A stretch of DNA of 64,000 bases, from the NCBI RefSeq assembly GCF_000150275.1, contig NW_002060974.1, forward strand, positions 279,744 through 343,743, in the 5' to 3' direction. A program made the position numbers and the translations under genes. The notes below the pieces were generated by a model that saw only the letters and a program-made list of their open reading frames with translations, searched no databases and had not been told where the DNA came from. The stretch is from Trichoplax adhaerens (taxonomy: Eukaryota > Animalia > Placozoa). This document shows, in pieces, positions 52,401 through 64,000 of this stretch (position 1 is its first letter; every line of letters begins with the position of its first letter).

Positions 52401-54033
52401 AACTGATAACGCATAAATGATGATTAGCTAATATAAAAGAAATCTTTATGCTATTTCACGAAATGAAGATGATTATATCCGACTCAAAAAGTCAATGGCA
52501 GTAATATTTAACGTCGTGAATCGCGCTTACACAGTAAATGTCAATCAAATTTAAAACGAAAATGAATTACCAGGCTAAATTATACTTCGATTACTGTATA
52601 ATAAATTAAGGCTTACTCTTACTTTGTCACTGTCCATGCAGCGCTTATGGTATAAGGGTACTTGTATGATAACGGTACTGGTAACGTTTGCGTATAAATG
52701 TCAATCCAGTTTATAGCTCATACTATTATGCAAGCCAAAGCTGATGCAATAGCGATCAATTAAAACTTATTCTTATTTCGTTTAATACTAGCAATGATAT
52801 TAAAATAGTTATCTGGGCAGCATAAAAGGTATAGCGCCATTTATAATGAATGAAGATCAGTACTTATCCTCTATTAGGCAAAATACGATACTGAGAAGAA
52901 TTGATCTGACTAAAAATTAGACTATTAATTTTTAAGTTTTACCTTGTACAAGATGCTTTACAAAAAAATTCTGCGTATCGGCATTATGCTGCGACTTATT
53001 CATTATATTGCTATCGCTAATTTCACGCCTGTAGAAGTGCTGGCCAATCTTAAAAAAAACGTTTTGGTTTCATTTTGAATCATTCAGCTTTTTGTATTTA
53101 CTAAATAGTATGCAATAAAAATGGCAAAACTAATATGATTATATTATCGATTATTGTCAATAGCCTATCAATAGACACAAGAGCTGATGTTTTTAACTGA
53201 TTTTTACGACTTTATATTTAAAAATGCCGTTAGCATAAGATGATTAATAGTGAATTTCACTTAGAGTATCACGAACTGAAAACTTCACAAACTAAAAGTA
53301 TCCCAAATGCTAATTTATCCGCGGTGCTATGATTAGGCCACAGTCAGGTTCTAATTTTTATGACTTTAGATCGATTGCAGCTATCCACTATTTCATATAA
53401 ACGGCTTCTGTAATCTAATTTAAGGTTTTACCGAAGATAGAGACAACTCCGATTCCACCTATCACTATTTTAGAGTCAAATGATACAGCAAAAAGTAGCT
53501 ACTCTTTTACATTGTATAATTGGTACTGCATTCTTTATAATTTTAAAGACTTATGGATATTAAATATTGTAAATTATCCAAAATAATCAGGCTACATAAT
53601 TAAAATCATGATATTAACAGTAATTTAGAGAAGAATTTTAGCCTTAAATTCGCCAGCATTTGTTCTTAGCACCGCCCATATTGTTCCTACGTAATCTAAT
53701 TTATTAGGAAATTATTACACTCTACTCGATGCTGGACAATTCCCGCTAATTAGATTTTCTTGATGATTCTAATTTATTTTCTCTTACACTCTTCTATTAT
53801 AAATTTGCGAACATTAAAATCTGCCTATTAATACAGTTTACTCCTATTAGACTGAAGGCTTCATAGGATATTGGTAGAGGGATCAGAACACCGCCATATT
53901 GAAGAGCTACTTCTGCAATTTTGTTAATTCCGTCTTTCGCTTCAGAAATTGTGTTAAGTATTATATTTCAAATTTTATCTTATTTTTAAAAAATACAACT
54001 ATTTATTAAATATACCGTTCAAGCCTGGAAGAA

Positions 54034-54225
54034 ATGAATACTACAAATACTACGGATCAGTTTCTGTTGATTTCGAAAGCAATTTATTACTTTGGTTCCT
54101 TATCAGGTATTCCAGGGTATCTACTGGGAATAATATTAAACATTATTATGATCAGAGTACTTTTTACTGATCCAAATTTCCAAAAAACTACTTATCGTCT
54201 AATCCGAATAGCTGTAGTATCCGAT
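54034..54225 (+). pseudogene. 5' fragment of a related GPCR (N-terminus to TM2), truncated
   Basis: MNTTNTT...GIILNIIMIRVLFTDPNFQKTTYRLIRIAVVSD matches the family motif TD..F.KTTYRL...SD; homology ends abruptly after 54225. Confidence 0.8.
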
Positions 54226-55894
54226 ACTTCTCGCATACAAAGAAGTGTTTACCTTGATAAAAGAAACTGTTTTTTGTTTTTATTCGGTTAATTAGAGAAA
54301 GTATGATTTATCAATCTGTTCCGCATACTTCACAAATTATACGTCAACTTGTAGGCGTGTAAGCAAATAATGCATAATATTATTAACCTGTTAGCTATTC
54401 ATAGCAAAGATAGTTAATAATACAGTGCTTATAGTTAGCTTTTTTACGAAAGTGCTACTGGAATGAAAATAGCTTTAATATTGGTCAAATAAAAGCAGGA
54501 CAATTCGATTAGAATGGAAAGAAAATAATTTCTTTGATTAGCTGAATTTCATTGAACATTTTACAGATGTGTTATGATAACAATCATAGCGATTTTTCTG
54601 TTAGTTGGATGCAAAGACCAAATAGAATGGTATTAATTTAGGTCAAAGAAAGGAGTAAAATTCGATTAGAGTATAAGAAAAAATGATCCTTTTCGTAGTC
54701 AAAGACTAATTTACTGATTGTCATTAAATTTTTTGTTGTTATTTAGAGACAGTGATTGTCTCAGATCTTGTATTAAATTTTAGAGAGATCCAACATGATA
54801 ATATAGAGGCAAAATCATAAAATATACATCGGGTGGCGAAATCTGCTGCAAAGAAAATTTTAAACTAAAAAGGAAGGCTACTCAGTCCGAAATTTTTGTC
54901 AAGTATCATTGGATCTACATTAGTATTGTAATACTTATTTTTCATTTTCAGTCCAGTATTTCATTTTATTTAAATGTCACATACTGGTAATAAATAATAA
55001 TAAAGTGAAATGATTAATAGCCAAAAAATTAAGCATCAATGAAATATTTGTCATTATATATTGTCAATTTTGTATTTGCAAGATATATTTGTAGTGGCTA
55101 TTAGTAAATATATTAAACATAGGTTATTAGCACATGTTATTTATCTTCATGCGCGTCGTTAATCTACCGTTATGATTAAAGTTTTGTATACGATTAGTGA
55201 TTATAATCATTGTTTAATGATAAATATATAGGTATATTTTGCACAACTAAGGAATTACTGAGCTATTGTCCGCCTCAATAACAGGAGCAATGCGAACCTT
55301 TTCATTGCTTTTACTCTACCTACCTCCTATTTAGTATTTCTGACGTTCCCGAAACTCAATTTAGCTTCTGATGATAAATAATGATCTATGCGATATTTGA
55401 CCTTTGTCATAAACTTTCTATTCATTAGTCAAATATAATGCAAAAAAAAGTTGGTATATGATCCTTGCTAACAGTAAATAATGCAGGTAAGGCAATAAAC
55501 AAATTTTTTGTATTCAAAAAGTTAATTGAACTTTGTTTGAAAAATAACAAAGAAAGTCTGCTACGATCATGTACACATTCTAAAGCTTAATGTATGAAAC
55601 AATTAGTAATAATCATTATTTGTACGTCTCTAGGTGTAAAGGGTTTATTATTTAACATCTAGTTTATTTTGAAATTTATTTAATGAATGAATGTAAATTC
55701 CAGCTCTAATTTTTATTAAGAAGATTCGAGCCAAAATTATGAATAAATAGTATAAAAACCATCTATTCTGGTCAGCTAGCCTCGGTATACAGCTTTGATG
55801 TTTTAATAATGGTCTGCCGTTTATTTGTTTTACTCAGTTGGAAATAAAATCTGGAGGTTATCGTTTTAGATATAATATTTGATATCCACTCCTA

Positions 55895-56773
55895 TTACAT
55901 GAATTAAGAAAGCATCGTGGGCTTTTCTTAACAAAAAAAACGAATTCAAAAGACTAACTATCGCCTATTGGGCATGTCAATGCTTTCCGGCATTATTGCC
56001 TCAGTGAAATCGATCATTGGTTATATCATTGTAACCTTTGATAGAGTAGATCATAGCGGTAGTGTAACGTAGTGTGCTATATCTATGACTGTCTGAGGTA
56101 TATCATATGGGAATTTTTAAGATGAATCTAGCTGCAATTGCAATTGATCGCTATTTCGTTTTTATCTGACCACTTTTACCTTTCTATCGAGTTTGCCAGA
56201 AGAAATTTTTAATCACTTCTGAGATATTAATCTGTGTATCAGTTATAGGAGTAACCTTAACACTTGCAGTTTATATCACTAGCTATCGCGAAACATCTTT
56301 ATTTTGCGATTTAATAAACATAATTTTCGCTATATTAGTGTATCTGTTAATTCTAACATCAACAATTTATATCATTCCTGTATTCTTCACTGCCATAGCC
56401 TACATTAGAATTATTAATTTTCAGAGGCATTACGTTCGGCCTGGTCATCGCACATCACAGCAAATTCAAAATGATTAAGCAACTAAAAAGAGACTTATTT
56501 GGATGCTAATATGGATTACAATATGTTCTACTTTTATAACTTGGCCTTTGGTTGGAACTCTAGCCGCAATAGTAGTTACTCAACGATCGGTTTCTCAACT
56601 TGAACCTTGTAATTTATTTCTTAATTTTTACTAGCTACATTATTACATTATCATTAAATATTCTAAATCCACTCTTAATTCTAACATTCCATCTACATCT
56701 CAGATGGGTAGAATGGTCCAATATTAAAAGCAATTTATACCGAGCAACTTTAATTTTTGCAAATAAATCGTAA
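55895..56773 (+). pseudogene. GPCR pseudogene, direct paralogue of 47429-48415
   Basis: Retains IAIDRYF, SEILI, LFCDL and YVRPGHRTSQQ, but start/TM1 are deleted, there are in-frame stops (e.g. TGG>TAG ~56070, TAT>TAA ~56475) and frameshifts. Confidence 0.9.
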
Positions 56774-57840
56774 AATAGATTCAAAACGTAACCAATCTAG
56801 CTTATTTATATATAATTAATCTGATGTTTTCATTATTCCTACAGTATTTAAACATGCCACGAGTATCATCACATGGCAATATACATACTTTAATAAGAAC
56901 CGAGAAATTTCCAACTCGTGTTATTAATTACAGAACTGCTACACTACTGGTTGTATCGTATAATATTATTATTATTGATTCTATCGAACAGTAGCTGCTA
57001 TAGATTTCCTGGATACAAATTTTTAGCCTCTTGATTTCTTGTTATACGCATATGGTTATTATAGATTTGACTTTAAGATCCTTTGTGTTTGTGATTAAAT
57101 ACGAGTATTATTTTGTAGTGTAAAATCTTGACCGCTTAAGCATTGATATACGGTGTGGTGAAATAACTATCATGACCGAGGCTATGATACAAAAGATAAT
57201 TTAAAGCATTTTTACTCTTTTTTTTTCACTAGTAAATCTACCTCGCAACTTGCTATAGATTAGAACTACCCTTCTAATGCTAGTTTTTGTACTGCTTTAG
57301 TAGTTGTTGTATGTTTTTACTTACAGATATTGGAACATGTACGAATTTGCGAGCTTAGTTGGGTGCTGATCATTTGAATCAAACAATTAATTTGGCGAGT
57401 ATTACCTTTACACGATAGTATGAGTAGATTTTAGTAAAATAGATGATAGCAGGTAGTCTATGATCGTAGCATATTAATTTCAAGTACTACCTTATCACCA
57501 TTGTTTCGCTATTATTAGTAGACTTGATCTCCAAAATTAACTCTCAAGAAGTGACAGTAAAGTTTACATGTGTTCTAAGAAATGCAGCATCATTACATAT
57601 TAGATATCCGCAATAGCAATAGCGTACCCACTTAAATAAACTTTGAGCTGTAATTGATAAATAAATACAATTGTTTAACTAACCTAAATTTACTGTGCAG
57701 TGATATCGAATTGGTATACTATGACTAAATATTGACTCAACGTTATTGATTTAAGATGTGTTCTTTCCTTCTATTACCGAAACGAAATCAATTTTAATAG
57801 GAAAATGTCGATGATTCCTACTTGAACATGATTAATTCTG

Positions 57841-58444
57841 TGTTACGGAGCCATACTCCGAAATATTAATTGCTATGTTAATTAAAATATCTCATTTAAA
57901 TTATTGTTTGCTCCAGTAGCTTATTAGATATAAATGTTTATTAATAAGTACTTGTTATTGCCAAGGTATCAGAAAGTTCAATATTGTTGACGTCTTGGAG
58001 CTAACACCTTAGTCAGTAAACGTTAATTAATAACGCCTTAAGTGTAAGGTACAATTACTTTGCAGAGCCTTGAGGCTCTAGTTGCTATACTAGGATATGT
58101 ATACTGTACAGTGTAAGTCGCTATGTCAAGAATATTCACAAGTGTACCATCGGCGAGACTATAAAAAGCGGAGCACTAGCTTAGCTTCTCAGTTCCAGTT
58201 AGTCATTTGCAGGATCTTTTGACTATTATTGCTAAGAATATTCTTACGTTTTTCTTTAGTACATTTTACGACTAAGGTTAACGAAAATAAAGTAAAGTAT
58301 TTAAACCTATTACTCATTAGTAGCTTATTTGTGTAGCTGATAGTTAGTTCAACTACGATAGGTCCCTAAGTTAGTTGGGAACACAAGTACTAGTGAAGAT
58401 AGTGTTTAAGACCCGGTTTCTTGCTACGAAGGAGATTTGTAACA
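57841..58444 (+). mobile_element. Solo-LTR-like insertion (604 bp)
   Basis: TGTTAC...GTAACA; perfect TSD TTCTG (57836-57840, 58445-58449); TATAAAAAG ~58160 then AATAAA ~58286; the paralogous site at ~49200 is empty and homology resumes right after the TSD. Confidence 0.8.
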
Positions 58445-58921
58445 TTCTGTCTACGAATATCGCAAATAAATTAATGATTTAAATATATTATTCCATTCTT
58501 TATTGACGCTTGTATTGACACCAAGTTTAAATCCGGCTCTTCTTTAGCAAAACCTTCTATCATTTAATTTGCCATCTGAATATTATAATTATAACTAAAT
58601 AATTTTTATTTAATTAGCATTGGGTACGAAGGTATTGATGGTTGCAGGATCAAGCTATAATATTTACAGGTTTTAATAATTTTCTTTTTTTAAATTTCAG
58701 CTATCAGTAATTATAAATATGATTTATGTAGTTTAAAAATCTGGAATATACTATAGAAGGGTAGGCAAGGTCATTAATATTCAAAATATTGCATATAAAA
58801 TAATCTGTGAATTAGCAGTTCACATTGCAAAACTAGCAATAAGAATCCTTGCTGTTGTGTTCAATTTCTTTGGAGCAGAAGTTCTGCTTTACTTTCTAAT
58901 GTTTTTTTACTGACTTGAAAC

Positions 58922-59113
58922 CTTAGGCATATCAAGTAATGCTTACGATATCAGACTATTAACAAGATAAAAAAGCACAGAAGAGTTTTCAATTATTTAA
59001 TTTTCGCTTACATTAAATCATGAGTAACAGTAAGCAATGTATCATTCAGAAGTTAATTAGATTAGATAAAAACTGATCTTATTGTTACACCCTGTCGGAT
59101 TCAGTTATCAAAT
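58922..59113. repeat. Duplicated 3' flank of minus-strand GPCR copies (other copy ~61612-61795)
   Basis: CTTAGGCATrTCAAG...ATTAAATCATGAGTAACA...CAGTTATCAAAT is shared by both. Confidence 0.8.
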
Positions 59114-59114
59114 G

Positions 59115-59895
59115 AATAGATACAGCTATTATAAAGAAATTGTTATGCCTTTAAAGGAATAGAAGACCGTCTATATTTTGTACAAATAGCCAACGCATAT
59201 ACTGTTATCGGTACTATTGTACCGAAGCTTTTATAAAGTCCTGTAGCCGAGTCGAGTTTATTTTCTTTGAAAAACTATGATTTTCACATAATAAATCATA
59301 ACAGACGCTAGGAAAACGTATAAGAATAAACCAATAATAACAGCATCGATAGCTTTAATGGAATTCATACCTACAAAATCATACATTAAAGGTACCTCTC
59401 GAAAGAATCTCTAGGCACGGCGTGTCGAAACGGCAGCAGCAACCATATTGTGATTGTTGCAGATGTTATTGTTGTTATTCAAATAATAATTCTCGATATC
59501 AATAGAAACTTCTTTTTACAGTATGGATAAAATGACGATAGGGCTCTGATAATGACAAAATAGAGATCGATATCAGTTAGTGCTAGGATTATCACAGAAA
59601 TCTAAATTGATAAAAATTTAGTTCATATAGTTAGTATACAGTATATTGTACCGGCGTGATAGTTTAAAGCTATGAAGATCACAAAATAATATCCTGTCAT
59701 TTGATTTACTTGAAGATACAAAATGAGATATAGCCGATAACAGATATCAAATGATGAGCTCTCTAACAGAACTCTAACAGAAATCTTGACCGCTAAAAAA
59801 TAATTTTATCAACCAAATTTTATCATTAATCCGAACGAAAGTGTTTATAGGGAAAATTCTTGTCGCAATTTACAGTAGCAAGCAATACAGTACAT
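59115..59895 (-). pseudogene. Degraded GPCR pseudogene, paralogue of 62120-63079 (absent from the ORF track)
   Basis: Minus-strand fragments GYYFVIFIALNYHAGTIYC, ILALTDIDLYFVIIRALSSFYPYCKKKFLLISRIII* and VFQRK*TRLGYRT align to GYYFAVFDSLDYQSGAAWC, NLALIAVDRYFAIVRPLSLFYRYHKVKFLVISEILIW and VSQKKYVRPGFWT. Ends approximate; TM7 not found. Confidence 0.8.
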
Positions 59896-62119
59896 AATGT
59901 CGGTTAAACGGATATTTACTGTATATTCGTATTATTTGAGGCAATCATTATTCTTAAACTATAGCAGATTATTAATAGATAATTAATAAGCGATAAATTC
60001 TTTATCTAGTGTACAGAAATACGATATAAAGTTAAGAGTAAACTAAGCCTAAGATTTTTCAATTCAGTATTCGAATAACACGGTAGTTTTCAGTTGGGTT
60101 TTCTTTAGGGCTAGCTTAGCACATAATAAAAATTTATGTTTTTCTTACTTTAAACTGATAAATAAATCAATCTTTGCTAAAATATATGCCGGAATACCCA
60201 AGTAACATGATAGAGAAATAATAATGCTGTTTGTATTATTAGTGCATATAAACAAAAGAAATACTTTCGGTAGCACAGTGTTTGCAACGTGAAGGATTAT
60301 TATCGTATCTTCTGGATTTTAGCCTTTGCTAAATGTTCTACTTGTATATAGAGTTTAGTGAGAAAAATACTCATTAACAATACAATTAAAAGATATTACC
60401 TGCTGTTTAGTTTAAATTTATCACCAGCAAGATTCTTGATCGAGAATGGAAGAGTTATCTTGTAGTTTTATTTAAAGTTCACGAAATACAGTGTTAGCTA
60501 ATTTCTGTGATCTTTTATTGAACTTTAATATTAACAATGAGAAAACAGCGCATTCTTGATATAATGTTAATATGTAAAAAACATGTTTATTTTAAACCAA
60601 CCCAGAAATTATAATGAGAGAAATTTCAAAATTTTTGGATATCGTAATCAACGAAACTCGCATACATCCCATTACTAACAGTAGAATTAGTATAGATTCT
60701 AAATCGAAATAGTTCATTAGCATGTGTTATGTTCATGTGTGGTATTTATTGCTGATGCGACGACTAATGTTAGTATTATTAAACGGAGAGTAAGATGAAT
60801 TATAAAACTATATACTCATTTATTAAAATATATAAAACGTAGTCGTTAATTAATAACAGCACATTCCTAGATAAATAATCTTAAAGAACTATGTTCTATC
60901 AGCTATGCAAAGTTACTCTGTAACAGGCTGTAATAAAATTACTCTGTAATGCATTTATTTCGTAGCTGAGAAGTCAAAGCCAAATAAATCACTGTTGTTA
61001 ACCCTAATTTCATGCGTGTGAAAATACTGGCCTACTTTCTAATTAGATTTTACCTGATTACCAAAATCATTTAGCTCTATCGTTGTGTTTCTTTATTTAT
61101 TCGTTAGTTCTCATTCATCTGGGCGCTATAGTTTATTTCTTATTTTGCCAAGGTTATATTTACAAGATAACACATCTGTATAAAAGTGAAACTAATTTAA
61201 TAGTCATCGTTGTCGATAGTCTACGTCGACAAACGCAGTCCTGATAACTTTTTAACGGATTTTTACATCTGCAGTATTAGAGTTGAAATCTCCTTAGCAT
61301 GAGATAGCTAGCAAAATGTTCGGTTAAATGTTGATAAAGTCGTGAAATTTAATTATTTACCTGATTCAACAGGAATAAATATGTTATTGCTTATTAATAT
61401 ATTACCATATAGGAAGCATGTATGGTATGATAATTTAGCTGCAAATTTTCTTTTAATGTTTTGTTTTGTGTAGAATGTGTTTCCGTTTAAATTGAAAGGG
61501 AAATTTACTTGTATTTCTAATGAACGTTAGGGCGACTAAAAGCTTTCAAAGCCTAGTTCCGGAGACGATCAGGAGGTAGGTATTTATAAATATATTTTTA
61601 TAGACTTATAATCTTAGGCATGTCAAGCAATGCTCACGATATCAAGCTACTATCAAGATAAGAAACCACAAAGGAGCTTCAATTATATATTTAATGTATT
61701 AAATCATGAGTAACACTAAGCCAAGTAACATTCGGAAGTCAACTAGATAAAAGTTAATCTTATTATTATACCCTAGTGGATACAGTTATCAAATTATATG
61801 CATGATAAATTCTAGTAGAATGCCGAAGTAGTATTAGTAAGTAAATTGAAGCTTATTTTAAGTATAATAAAGATTAGGAGATATCGACACCAATTCAGTT
61901 ATACGTTTATCGTTAACAGGTCACACAAAACTTCTGATATAACTTTATCTTAATATTGTCGCCTTAAAATTTAAGTTATGTCAATATAATGCATAAATAA
62001 CCAATACAACTACCGTTTAACCTTAATATCAATTACACTCAAACTGTAGCGAATTTATGACGCGAATAAATATATCTAATAATTTAATTTTACCACTAAG
62101 TTTACGTACGACATGTGCA

Positions 62120-63079
62120 TTAGCTAAGCAAACTGAATTTACTTTTGGTCTGTAACCATAATTTACTCCGAATTTGTCTATCAAATATTAAATAAAGGAC
62201 TGGATTAAGAACGTTCAATGCTGTTGTAACTATATTACCAATATAAAAGAAGAGAAAGAGCACTAAGTTATCTAATGCGGTTTGACGTATACTTTTAGTA
62301 CGAAATCCTATGAGAATTGCAGAAATAAAATTTGGCGTTACTATAAGGGCGTAACATATGGCTAGGCTAATTAACATCTTAATAAATCTCATTTTCTTCT
62401 GGTGATCTTGCTCAAGTTGATCCGATGTCCAAAAGCCAGGTCGAACGTATTTCTTTTGAGAAACTGATATGCTAATATATGAAATTGCGATGATCGTAAC
62501 AGGTATTAAAAACAGGACTATACCAAGTGTCGCAACAACGATAGCTTTTTTAGAATCCATATTTACGAGATCACACAGTAAGGGTGCGTCTGGGTACCCG
62601 ACAAAGTATGATCCAAATAGTAATGATAGTATTGTTGCTACTATCCAAATAAGAATTTCACTTATTACTAGAAATTTTACTTTATGGTAACGATAAAATA
62701 ATGACAGAGGTCGCACAATAGCAAAATAACGATCAACCGCGATTAAAGCTAAATTCATTAGAGAAATTCCGTTTGATATGGGTCCAATGCTCATAGCTAT
62801 GAAGCACCATGCCGCACCACTTTGATAATCTAGGCTATCAAATACTGCAAAATAATATCCAATGATTGATTTTAGCGACGACACAATATCAGATATCGCT
62901 GATATACATAACAGGCGATAAGTAGTCTTAAAGAAATCACGATCGGTAAGAAGTAATTCGACTATTGCAATATTTATAATCAATCCAGCCGTAGTGATAG
63001 GAAGAACGCCAATAATAACATCATGGTAAATTCTTGATGCAAGTTTCAAGTTTATTGTTGTATTATTGTAAGCGTCCAT
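62120..63079 (-). CDS. Intronless class A (rhodopsin-like) orphan GPCR, 319 aa
   Basis: 7TM pattern, IAVDRY, ECL2 Cys (LLCDL), NPVLY; clear paralogue of 47429-48415. Confidence 0.93.
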   Translation of the reverse strand: MDAYNNTTINLKLASRIYHDVIIGVLPITTAGLIINIAIVELLLTDRDFFKTTYRLLCISAISDIVSSLKSIIGYYFAVFDSLDYQSGAAWCFIAMSIGPISNGISLMNLALIAVDRYFAIVRPLSLFYRYHKVKFLVISEILIWIVATILSLLFGSYFVGYPDAPLLCDLVNMDSKKAIVVATLGIVLFLIPVTIIAISYISISVSQKKYVRPGFWTSDQLEQDHQKKMRFIKMLISLAICYALIVTPNFISAILIGFRTKSIRQTALDNLVLFLFFYIGNIVTTALNVLNPVLYLIFDRQIRSKLWLQTKSKFSLLS

Positions 63080-64000
63080 CGTTTACGAATTTGAGCTATA
63101 TTCTGAAAGACAAACAGATAGAAACAGTAAATCTATTTTGTTCCGGTAGAAATATGATAATACAATTTCGAGAGGTAGAGAAATTGGGATCTTTTGGAGG
63201 CAATATTCGGTTCAATCCAATAGCTAATAGGACGAATTTATTATCTGTGGGTGATATTTGCTAATTCGTCGCGTAAATTAGAAAGAATTAATCCTAGCTA
63301 AAAACGCGTTTGCTTATAAACCTTCGTGAGCATAGCGTAACAAAAGAGATAATACTTGTGTAATGAATATAATATTTATTGTTTATAGTCAGTCGTTGAA
63401 TGCAGGTATAAAACTCAAAAGCATATTAAGATATAGATGCCTTTTATGTCTTGGGTTCTTTTAAGCGAATGAATCATTAGGCATGGTACTAGCATTAAAC
63501 AATAAATTTCAAATAATAAATTACAAACTAAAGGTATCAACCTGTTAATCGAAAGAAAAATTAATATATATAATGTGTTTGTAAAGCTAATTCATTTGTA
63601 TTTATAAAATGAATTAATAAATTGTCGCAGTTGCATCACACTGAAACCAAACTTTATCCTCACGCATTAGCTCTGACCCCCTTTGTTATATATTGAAACT
63701 AATTGATTTGATTGATGGAAAACGTATTATAAGAAAAGTAATTGAGCATTTATTAGAATTATCCTCAGAAGACTAGAATGATGACTTATACAGTTTTCGT
63801 AAAACTGATTATAATGGCAATGAAGGGGTCGATTGGATTTAGAGTAAACTGCTCGGTATATAAGCATACCAAATGGATTTTCGAAAAGTGCAAATAAGAA
63901 TAGTATTGATCCTTTTTTCAGGTGATGTTTATACCGTTAATTTAATAAGCTGCTTATAATTTCTAATGTCGTTTCCTTACGGAAATAGCAGTCGGTTGAG

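Larger units (their letters stand above)
54235..58835 (+). repeat. Segmental duplication copy 2
   Basis: Colinear with 45685-49420; interrupted by the 57841-58444 insertion. Confidence 0.85.

Noticed and set aside
52740-53470. Possible further very old GPCR relic
   Set aside because: Only faint motif echoes; no alignable DRY or TM pattern.

Overview
AT-rich eukaryotic (animal) genomic DNA with short GT-AG introns. The compact introns, CHP1 orthologue and tandem intronless orphan GPCRs suggest an early-branching metazoan such as a placozoan (inference only). Most real genes are spliced, so the ORF track misses them; exons were assembled by eye. Contents: (1) two tandem RIN-like paralogues on +. 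Gene A is cut by the window start (SH2-Pro-rich-VPS9-RA, stop 7596). Gene B (11696-29832) appears to join a CARD-like death fold and a ZU5/UPA-like module to two SH2 domains, VPS9 and RA. Both VPS9 domains lack the four key GEF residues and the VPS9-proximal SH2 lacks the FLVR arginine. (2) A 167-aa kinase-less protein made only of novel-PKC-like C1A-C1B domains (33058-36635). (3) An intact 8-exon CHP1 gene on minus with a composite tandem repeat just upstream. (4) A birth-and-death cluster of rhodopsin-like GPCRs (two intact, three pseudogenes or fragments, one ~4-kb segmental duplication). (5) At least four 0.5-0.63 kb solo-LTR-like insertions with TGT(C/T)AC termini, 5-bp TSDs and a terminal hairpin. 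The best candidate for an undescribed system is the death-fold/ZU5-UPA/tandem-SH2/pseudo-VPS9/RA scaffold; its 5' exon linkage is not proven. No rRNA, tRNA or CRISPR was recognised.
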